A stretch of DNA of 64,000 nucleotides, taken from assembly GCA_037447605.1 (NCBI GenBank), contig CM074804.1, positions 3,201,909 through 3,265,908 on the forward strand, read 5' to 3'. Shown here in pieces: positions 49,701 through 60,100 of the stretch; the first letter of the stretch is position 1, and each line of letters starts with the position of its first letter. Source of the stretch: Zygnema circumcarinatum SAG 698-1b. Its lineage: Eukaryota; Plantae; Zygnematophyceae. The notes beneath the pieces are model-generated. The model saw only the letters and a list, made by a program, of their open reading frames with translations. It was not told where the DNA came from and made no database searches. The position numbers and the translations under genes were made by a program.

Positions 49701-51714
49701 ATCTAGACACACTTTCTAGTAGTGTTCTGTTTGGACACAAGCTCGCTTGAAACGCTCAATCCTTTCATGGGGTTTTCGCAGTATTCTAGGTACTTTTGCC
49801 TTATCCAATAAATGGTTCCTATAATGTGACTACAAAAAGATTGACTAAGTGACCTACACGTGCGAATAATAGTCTAGTGACTAGTACGCAAGCGAAGTCA
49901 TTTCACTCACTTTTGTATTAGTCGAATGTTGGTGAAGTCGCAGTCAAGTCATCCTTTAGCCAAACCAAGCGGCTAAAAACTGGATGACTAAAGTGCCACC
50001 CCTGTGTGTGTGACTTGACGTACCAACTAAAAAGGAAAAGCGGCCAGCGGCCACGTGTGCTCCATTCATTCGTTAAGTTTGCCATTCCAGTTTACTTTGC
50101 GTCCTCGACGTCCTCGAGAGGAGATGTTCGCGAGCCAATTGAACAAAGCAAGTAGAACCTTGCCAATGACTCTAAATGGGGTGAATGTGTATGCCAAAGT
50201 TTCAAATTCACACTCCCTTTTGTGAGCGAGCATGACGAATACCTAGTAAGCACACGTCCAACTATCATCCTTCATCTCCGCTTGATCTCCGACGACGTGT
50301 TCCATTAGCACAGTAAAGTGGGTTTGACTCTTGGTCCTTCCTACAGGCGGCGCGGATTGACCGTAGACCATTTTGTCTCTTCTTTTTTCTCAAAATTTCT
50401 CACTCGTGTTTAAAAAGTATCCATGTCGGGAATACCACAAACGTCCAATTCAAGGTGCCGCCATCGATAAATACTGTGCAAGCTTGCTCCTAGCACAGCC
50501 TAGTTGTTGTTGTTGTTGTTGTTAGTGCTGTCCGAAAACTTAAAAAGAAAAATGACCACAATATCAACATTGCACTTTACAATGAAAAACGCAAGAGAAC
50601 TAACCCTCCGTCCTAGTGGTATCTAGACCTAACGTAAGCGCTCCTGAGCCAGCAAGGGCATGTTCCTTGTGCAAGATTTGCGTAATTTTTCAGTCTAATG
50701 TTTCAGTGAACAGTTAAAAAGCCTTACTCCACTGTGATTGATAGGATCATGCTGGCTCCGTAAGCAGTCCAACTACAAGCAACCTCCTCCGTCCAAAAAC
50801 CTGACGCTTGTCCTTAAGCAAGCTGCACGATTTTTCGTGTGACGAGTCCTCCCTTCACCAAGAGCAGGTGCAGGTGCTGAATGGCGCTGCCCGCACGCAG
50901 CGTCGCCGCAGCAGCGGCATTCGAGAGCTCGCCGCCTTGCCCCGTGCACCCGTCCGTCCGTCCGTCCGTCCGTCCGTCCGTCACTCACTCAGCGCCTCAC
51001 TGCACTGCACTGCAGCGGTTGGCGAAGTCGCCAAGACGCGACGTGACGTCGGATGCATGCATGCAGTGTTACAGTGGGCGGGCCTGCCCACGCAAATACC
51101 GAACAAAGTATCGCATCGCATCGTATCGCATAGCCCTGCCGCGCCGCTTCGCGGGGCAGAGAGGGGCATGTGACGCGACAAGACATGACATGACGTGACG
51201 GCCCGCCACTTGGCCCCTGTACGGCCGTTCCGTTGTCCGCGCGGATAAGCCGCAAACCACAGTTTGCTCCACAAAACCCGCGGCACCCTCCCTCCCTCCC
51301 TCCCTCCCTTCCTCCCTCCCTGGAGACTCGAGCCGGGGGCGGGCCCAGGGCAGGTTCCGGCGCTCTCTCTGCTATTCGCACTCCAAATTTTAATTTTGGC
51401 AGAACCGTCCGTACGGTAAGGGGCCGTGCGGCCGAGGGGAGGGGAGGGCCAGGATCGCAAATACCGTACACTCCGTACACACATACTTTTTCGCGAAAAT
51501 CGAAATGAATCCCGCCAGGCAGCCCCAGAGCCGGGTCGAGCCGACTGTGGGCCTCGCCTCCCATTGGCCCGCGCCCGCGCCCGCCTCTACCGGCCACGTG
51601 GCGCGCAGACGCGGCCCCCCCTCCCTCCCTCCGCCTTGCCTCGTCGCGCCTCCCAGAGCGGGTCAGGCAGCTGTCTTGCACACACATCTTTCGCGCTGCA
51701 GCTGCTCGGCTGCC

Positions 51715-54084
51715 ATGGCTTCCATGCTTTCTCTCCACTGCTCTCTCGCTCCTGCATCTCTGCGTCAGCGAAACTGCGAAGCGCTCAAAACCGGAGGTGC
51801 GGCGCTGTCAGAAGTCCTGGCTGAAAATGTCGATTTTTTTTTGAGCAATCGTTAATGGTGCACATTTTTCTTGCTCATTCACAGCTCTTCGGAGTTTGGC
51901 TCATTCTTTTCTTTTCTATTGTTGTATTTGGAGAAATAAGATGCACTTTTCTCCTCACTGCTTCCCACAGGTGGTTACTGCGGTCTTGTTTTCACTTCTC
52001 GTGTGAATGCGGTTGGCGGCTGTCGCAAAGGCCTGTCGACTGAAGCGTGTCGGGTTCCATTGCAAAGGGTGAAGGGAACTTTCCGTAAATTAGTCGTCGC
52101 TGAGTACAGGTATCAATCTTGTCAGCAGTATTGGAAATCTCACCTTGATATTTTAATATTGAGCATTACTTTGCTGAGGTGCTTGCTTTCCCTTGTTTTT
52201 TTGTCAAGATTCAAGTTTCGGATTGACAGAAAAGGACGATGAAGCTAGTGACCGAGTGGCCTGGAAAGGGGACAGCGAGATGCCCATTTTTTAATTGACG
52301 TGACACCAATGAATGATTTAAATTTCTATTTTTCAGAAGCTTGTTACATAGGTTTAGACTGTTAATCATGTCGCTTGTTAATGACTTTTAGAAATTTGTA
52401 ACGCGTTATGAGTAAGAACACGAATCTGCAGAACTTCTCAAAGAGAGGGTTCTGTTGTGGGTGACTTGAACAATGCAGGAGGGAGAGTGGTGCATCAGAT
52501 TTCATATCAGGGTTTTTGTTGGGAGGCGTCGTTTTTGGCACACTAGCCTTTGTTTTCTCTCCCCAGGTGAGCACATTTCAGTCCTTTCTTATCTTCATAA
52601 AGCAGGCATTTGTCTTGGTCAAAGGAGATTGCAAAACACAATAAGCAAGAATAGAACGACTGTCAATACTGTCTCAGACTGTTTGACGATGATCAGTATC
52701 TATCGGGCTGTGTCCTTGGACTTGGAAGCGATATATATGCCAGTTTTTGTCGAACTGCTACAGTTCTCGAATCATGTTGCCGCAGGGTTCCCAAAAGTAG
52801 TGGTAGCACATTATCTCCCTCGCCTCCAGCGCTGGATGAAAATACTCACATGGGATTGGGTCACGTCTAGTTCTGATGAACGCAGAAGCAACTCGTCAGT
52901 CGTTGAAAACATGCAGAAATAATTCCGCGATACCATTAGCTGTCGAAGGCTGTAGTTAAAGCCAATCAAATGATCAATCTCAAACCACATTTGTATAGCA
53001 ACCTGTCACACTTTGTGGATAGTTTGCTGAAATCTCTCAGTTTCGGTGTCAAGAAAAGAATGCTTTGATGCCTGAATGATGCTCCGCGAGGGGGCTTCTC
53101 AGTAGCTTCAGAAAATACTTTGGGTAGGAGATGGAGGGCACTCTGCAAGTTGCCTGCAAGTCCTTTTGGATGTTTGTAGTTGGCCCTTGTTCCAATCAGT
53201 GATGTCCGGCAAACTTCACGAAATCTAATGTCAAGGTCTACTGTGCATCACATTTCCAAAGATCCTCTCAGTGGGCTTGGGCTGGCGCATTATGGGAAGG
53301 ATTTCAAACCCAACAATGCTCCCTAAGGACTGGCAATAGCAGAGGTCGCATTCGCAAACGCATTCACCCATTCACCTCTCCCTTTTGCAGCTGAACGTTT
53401 TGGAGTGCTCCGAAGTGGCTCATCCTGACATGGAGCTGAATTGTAGCATGAGGACTGTACACCCGTGTTGTGTGCATTGATTTGCAGCCACTAGTCACAT
53501 TTGAAATGAAATGCGTTTCCTCTTCTTGGCATAGCGAACCAGCTGGTTGACTCTGATAACAGAGAGTTTAAAGTAACGGAGGTATTCTGGAGTGCTGTGT
53601 GGCAGATATCCAGAACAGTCCTTGGTGAGAATCCGGATGGCACCCCCCGGCGTCTGCCTCGCTGGATGGATGAGGAAGACAGCCTCGAGGTCGGTTGCAT
53701 CCAAAAACTCCTCTTATTGAAGCTTAACACACCGCATTATCTTGGAGGCTGGCCTTTTAGATAACATGTTGTGGAAAGGGCCGACAGACAAGCGGATCGA
53801 TAGACATTCAGACACAGACAGACGGACTGATAAATAGACGGACAGTCAAACATTGGTTGCCCGCATGTTGAAGTGATGTGTATGGGCTCTGCCAGCTTTT
53901 TGAGATGGCTCAGCATTTTGACAGCCCTTCCTTCGGAGCACTGTTCGTGCAGGAGACGCGAAGGAAAATGAATGAGAAGATTGCGGAGCTGAACTTGGCC
54001 ATAGACAACACCTCGGCGCAGCTGCGGGCTGATGGAGGGGACCAGGAGAGGATCTACTCAGAGCCTGTTGAGCAAACGTCTTGA
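51715..54084 (+). CDS. Chloroplast inner-envelope protein, AT1G42960-like, multi-exon
   Basis: Transit-peptide exons, then FISGFLLGGVVFGTLAFVFSPQ (52500-52569), ISRTVLG...RRLPRWMDEEDSLE and TRRKMNEKIAELNLAIDNTSAQLR. These match the recalled family motif FVGGFVLGG...YAPQ...KIAQLNSAIDDVSSQL. Confidence 0.82.
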
Positions 54085-54395
54085 GCACTCCTAAAGCCAT
54101 TTAGGAACTTGCAGATGATAGTCTCCCTGCAATTGTTCCCTTTTCAAACGGCAATTTTGGACGGAATTGTAGTAGTCATTAATCAGTTTTGCACTTGTGG
54201 GTTCGCCGGGTGAAACTGTCTGCTTGATTTAGACTCTCGTCACCTATATGTGTAAACCCCTATGGTGGACCATTTTCTTGTAGAATTTGCCAAAGATGCG
54301 TGTACAAAAAGAAATGTTCGATACTTCAACGAGTCCTTCTTTGCGGAAGCGCCCCAGAAAACTTCTGTGCAAAAGTTGGATTCCCCAGGAGAAAG

Positions 54396-56633
54396 TTACC
54401 AGTTATAAAGCTTTCTACGGAGGAAAAGTAGGCTTTCGTCCTCTAACGCACATATGATGTCCTGCACATGTAGGAGAAATAAGAATGGGATCACTACAGT
54501 CCTCAGCTAAACATGAATAAAATATATCAGAACGAATATGCAATTATGTACCGTATCAAACAACTGCAAAATAAGGCCCAGCATGCATAATACGTCGAAC
54601 ATCACGTCAAACAAATCGACTTCACCCTATAAGTTGAGTCTCACAATTGTGCATCGTCAAAATGCAGCTAATAAGTTCAAACGAGGAAGCACAGTTGCAA
54701 ACATTCCAACAAGAGGACCAATACTTTCTTCAGAACCGAAAAGTGGTCGGAATCATAAGCAAAGATTTTACTCTCGTCTTTCTGGTTCAATAGGTAGGGA
54801 ACATCCAGGGAATATCCAGTCGACAAGGTCTCCATGCAAGAACTGCAGAGGACAGGAGCAGTACCTGGCCAAACTCATTATCGATGTCAAAGGAGTTGAT
54901 GGCACTTGCCTCCACCACCAATTCCTCCGCAAAGCCTGCCCACGCCAAATTCCGGCAAGATCAGCATTCCTGCAATCTAACCGTGATCAAACACAGGCAT
55001 TGTTTACAAAACTGAATCAAAAGCCTATCTTGCACAAGCAACACTCGGAAGTCTTGACTACCACATCTATGAGTTGCTCGAATCATGTGCTTTCCCGTCG
55101 GACATAAGGTTGCTGAATCAAACAACACTTTAAGACTTGAAGAAATCTTGACGTTTGGCCAGATTGCGCGACGAGAAAGTGCTGAAGCATTTTCTTTAAG
55201 ACAAGGAGAAGCCTACCTCCATCGATAACAGCCAACACGCCGTCCTCAGCGCAGGTCATAACTGGAGGAAGCTTTGAATTGACATCATAGTTGCCAGCCG
55301 TGTTAATGCGTTGAAGCAGCTTGTCAAACTTCACTTGCCAAACTTCGCTCTCAGAAACCGAAGGTTTCCCAGCCTTCGCGACTCCCTTAGGGCCAGATCG
55401 AATGGCAATCATACAAGGCTGCTGTGGAAACCGATTGTCCCATGAAAGCACAGCACCTCCTGAGCCTCCTACCTGTTGAACAGTCACAGGTAGGTGTGCG
55501 ATACAGCATGATCCCTCAGACCCGTGCATAATTCATGTCCAATAATTGAATGCGCAAAACTGCAAAAAATGATTCTGTAGGAACATAAGAGTGAAATGAA
55601 CTTCAGCCTTTTCTGTACAAAGAAAACAACCCACCGCACACGTATGCATTCGGGAAGGATGAACGTCAATTGAGTGTATGCTGGTCGGTGCTCCTGGATC
55701 CCTGCACATTAAACCGTGTAAGATATTTCCGTCCCAAGACCAATGGCAGTTGCGTTAGCGTGTGAACCTAAGAAAAAGCAACCCGGCACAATCTGAGTCG
55801 CACCTGCATCCCCGCAATTGCTCAATCAATTTAAGCCGATGTTCACTAGACCAACTTCTATTACGACTGCCACGCAAACGAGTCACAGTTCTCCATGTCT
55901 GAATCTCCTTGATATTAGCACGGTAAGCTATATAGAAAGGTGGAATTCAAAATTTATCGGTCTCAGCTCACCATTTGGATGGAGACCGTGCGGCCGGCTT
56001 TCCTAAGCACCGCCGATCCCACCACTGCAGATTTCCCCCTGCGCTAGCGGAAACAAATTCGTTGGACGACGTCCACTTGACAGCAGAGTACGAAGTTGCC
56101 CCTCCGCTGTTCGTCAAGCAGGATATCTCCGCTTGTGTCTGATTCAAGTCGAGCAGACATATTCGGCCGTCTTCCCCAGCTGTGAGACATTCGCTGGAAT
56201 TCATTCTTACATCTAATGCACATACAGAACCATGGTGTATTTCACGCGAATTGACAAAGGTATCACCCTGAGGAGAAATTAAGTCCGCAGAGGTCACAAT
56301 GACAGTGGCATGCCCTTTTGAAGAACCTGCGACCAGTGCCAGCTTATCAAGATGAGCAACTGCCTGCAGCTCCGTGGTCCGCCCACAGTGTTCCCAGAAA
56401 TGCAGCGCTTGAAGAGATACTTTTCCAGAAGAAGTTGAAGCATATTCAGATTCAGATGCTTCGCGGACCCGCAGAGCATGCAGCTCAATGGCTCCACAGC
56501 CTGAGTCGAAGTCCCAGCTACCTACTCCCAGGAGACGTTCAGACACATCACCGCGCGGAAGCGGAAGCCACCTCACAACTTCCGCTTGCCTGCCTAAGTA
56601 GAGACGCCCTGTAACCTCCATGGCTGTGGCCAT
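54396..56633 (-). CDS. NUP43: Nucleoporin NUP43 (WD40), multi-exon
   Basis: VVRWLP...VGSWD, HHGSVCALD, AGEDGRI, AVKWTSSNEFVS...LQWWDRR, IHSIDVHPSRMHTC, GAVLSWDNRFPQQP, ESEVWQVKFD, AINSFDID, and terminal DIICALEDESLLFL...W* (stop 54396-54398). Confidence 0.9.
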
Positions 56634-56705
56634 GGCTCCCGCCCTTGCGCCTGCTCCTCTCTCCTCTCCTCTCTCCTCTCCTCCCTCCCGGCAGCCCTCA
56701 TCGAG

Positions 56706-56892
56706 GCGCGAAAAGGGTTTGAATCAGTGGCCGATCAGCATTCGCGATCAACGAATGGACGCGGATCAAGATGGCGTAGATCAAACGATCGATGTCTTAC
56801 GTTGATCCATGGTTCAACATTGCGCCGATCCGGATCTATTTCGCCTTCCCGCCATTTCGTGCCTCCCACCATTCAAGTTTGGGCCAACGGTC
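56706..56892. promoter_or_regulatory. Cell-cycle-type motifs (E2F site, MSA-like) in the NUP43/separase bidirectional promoter
   Basis: GCGCGAAA at 56706-56713 (TTTCGCGC on the minus strand, matching plant E2F consensus TTTSSCGS) and CCAACGGTC at 56884-56892 (MSA core AACGG). Both are single short matches. Confidence 0.4.
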
Positions 56893-57140
56893 ACAAAAGG
56901 GCGAGAGAGTTGGCCTCCAGTTGCGGGCCGCTCTTTCGAGCGCTCCAATGAGAAGTGGCCACGTCGCAACATTGGACAGGTGGCGGGCCCGCATTGGAGA
57001 TGGTGACTGCACTGTGAGTGTTTGCAATGGAGTAAGGGGCCTGTGAGCAGGAGGGCTGAGAGCTTTGAGCTTGAGCCTGTCTGTGTCTACGAGGGAGGGA
57101 AGCCATCCATGCCGGGGAAGGCATCCCTACCGCCGCGAAT

Positions 57141-60100
57141 ATGGCTGCCAAAGCATCGCTAACAGGGAGGCCATCCTGCCTGTCTGCAGGGGACTTGCTG
57201 GATCGCATCAGCAAAGAGCAGCTTGATCATTTGTCGGCGGATGTTCACAAGTTCTTGCTCCCAGTGTTTTCTTTGCAGGATGCTGACAAGGAGAACAGGC
57301 CAGCCGCAGGCAATATGCGGGATGTAGCTAAGAAATTTACTCCATTTCTCAGCAAGCTTTTGAGAGGATGTGTCAACAGTCTTGCAGTGGGACCTGGAGC
57401 TGAACAGGATAGTGCGAAATCTCCTAGCGTTGACGACGCCAAATTCAAGGAGCTTCTTGAAATTGGCATACTCTGCCTCAAAGGCCTCGACATTCTCCGT
57501 GAATTTCTGAAGGGTAGGACATATGAGGTGGAAATCCACCAGTACAATTTTGTTAGGAAGCTATTGATTTGGAAAAGGCACAAGGACTGCCTAATACAAG
57601 GATGGGAACTTTATCGGAATTTATGCAAGCTATTGCAGCAGAATCCGCATTGTATTTTTGACTCTTGTGAAATAGTTCCTTCAAACTTGAATTCTGGAGG
57701 AAAAACCGCTGAAAAGCAAGACGTATTCACCAAGGAAGCAACCATATTAACTTTGCCACCGCCTCCAAATCCAGGAAAGAGCGATGGCGATTTTGTGCTT
57801 TTGTTAGTTGGTGCATGTTTAAACATCATAGTCAGCACAGCAGAGTGCGGCTCAGAAGAGGAAACAGAATTATATCTTGCCAAATTGATACAGCTTCCAC
57901 GGCAGCTAGAACTGTGGCTGAGGTAAGCGTTGATCAGTCAACCTTCCAACAATCTTCTCCCTTTTACGCTATCTGTTGTATCTTCTTTGCACACACAATA
58001 CGCTTTCGCGGGGCTTAGCCAGCGAAAGTCAGCTTAGGTGCTTCGAGCCATAGCATCATCTTTCATAGGCGTCCCTCGAAATGTAATTATGTGCATGCTT
58101 CGCCATACGTAACTTCTTTGTCTAAACCTCTTGTTTTATCGGACTATGAGAAGCTCGTAATTTGCTCGGGTTTGAATTTTTTTGAGAAAGCTCCAAAATG
58201 CAATAAGCTGCAATTGACGTACAATCTCTTACTTTCGCTAATGCAGTGAGTTGGAGAGCGATACTGAATGCAAACATAGGGATTCCCTTTTCCGGGGATT
58301 GTATAAATGCGCACTAAAGCAAATAGCTGAAGCAAGTAGCTCAGCAAAGGAGAATGTTCTGGAGCTTATTCGTTTAACCTTATCTGCTTGTACAATATCT
58401 GCGAGCGCCAACTGCTTTGCCCAGGTGAGAGTGCCGCTTGGTTCGTGCAGCAAGTATCCCAACTTTTTGTTTGTAGTTGATGCGTAAACTGCAGGCATTT
58501 GCTAAATGTCTTTCCCATGCTTTGATCAAGTTTACAGTTCAATCCCTTTTTCAACTGATTGAAAATGTTATTGAAACGAGTTAAGCTGGTGTGAATTAGC
58601 TCATCTTTATCCACATGAACGGGACAGAAATGGCTGGCAATTGTGATGCTCATGTTGACCTGGTGCTGTGTCGAGCAGGTCACTCGAAGTCTTGTTGACC
58701 AGGTCAATCGTAACGTCGCTTGGAAGGACCATGAGCTTTTCCGGCATGTCTTCGACATCGCTGTTCACGAACTTTTGAGCATGGTGAAAAATGTATGCAT
58801 CGGTCAACTCATGTATTCGGTTGAGACGTGTTTGTTTGCAAAAGACTGGTGAATCCACTTCATTCTCCGACATGCTTGATGAGGACGAAACACAGTTTGA
58901 GCAGAAATTCAAATGCGCCCGTGAACAATGGTTCTATTTTTCCTGTCATTTTCTGTTCAACCTATCTTTCATTCCCAAGTTTATCTAAGGTACTTTAGGG
59001 ATAGAATTATCTTGCCCACGTGATCCGTTTTGCTCGCACTCTTGCAATTCGGAAGTTGCTTCTTTGACAAGATCGCCCCAGGATTTTGTTAATATAAGTC
59101 CTGATTTTGCATTTTCAAATGATTAGGCCACAATTGTGACCTCATTAATGAAGGATGTGGTCCTACTCTCTTTGAAATACAGGACCAAAATCCACTCCAT
59201 GAAAAACAAGTTCTGGAACTTGTTGCAGCTTACGCGAAAAGTATTCTTCATTCAAACAAAGGGTTGGGAAGTCAGCTTTTATGGCAGCTCTTGCCTCCCA
59301 TTTCTCAGGTAAAGTATACTCAGATTTTTCTCCGCTCATGAAAAACTCGTTCAGCCATGGCCGAATTCATTAATTTCCAAAACACTGCTAGAGTGTGAGT
59401 GTCGCAAACATGCATATTGGCTACAGTCCGTTGACCTATTTCTCTGTTCCTTATGCAACAATTCTTTCGCAGGCAATCGGAGAACAGACCTCGGCCTTTG
59501 CAGGCCTTTATGCAGCAGCCTTAGATCTACAAGCAATGGCCAACAATCTCGATCAAACCGAAGAGTGTGAAGATAAACAGTGTTCAACAGATGTACCAGA
59601 CGAGGTAGAGTCTGCACATGTGAAGGCTGCCATGTATGGTAAATTGGAAAAAATTCGTACCTCCTTTATAAGGTTATTAGAAACAGCAAGAGAAGAACAG
59701 GATGTAGGAATAGCTGGCAGTGCTAATCGAGCTAATGTTAAAGCTGGAGCAGAGTCACTGGATTTTTTCCGGAAAGTGGCATCGAAATATGCTGATTCAA
59801 GTTGGAGGCAGTACCTGGGAGCTAAATTGGACAACAAAAGCAAAGGGAGCAGACCAAAGAGAATCGTTTTGGCAGAGTTGAGGAGAGGTGGCTATAATAC
59901 GCAAGTGGTGGAGATACTGAAGCTTGCATGGCCCCTCGTGGAGGCTGCTTCAATGAGGTTCGTGATCCCTGCTAGCCCTGTCCTCGGTCGAGGGGTGCCC
60001 AACAGCCAAGTTTCTGCAGCATGTGAAGAGCTCTTGGATCTGGGTCTAGAAGTAATGTATTTGTAAGCTGAGCTCGTCCCACCAACCTGCCAGATTTCTT

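Noticed and set aside
48228-49719. Long overlapping ORFs (up to 357 aa) on both strands in the GC-rich island
   Set aside because: They are low-complexity Arg/Pro/Gly/Ala translations with no domain, arise from stop-codon scarcity in GC-rich simple repeats, and cross an N gap.
50773-51714. ORFs of 60-250 aa in the second GC island
   Set aside because: They translate microsatellites, and the region is better explained as the promoter/5' UTR of the gene at 51715.
16102-56633. Two nucleoporin genes (ALADIN, NUP43) as a functional cluster
   Set aside because: They are ~35 kb apart with unrelated genes between, so chance co-location is sufficient.
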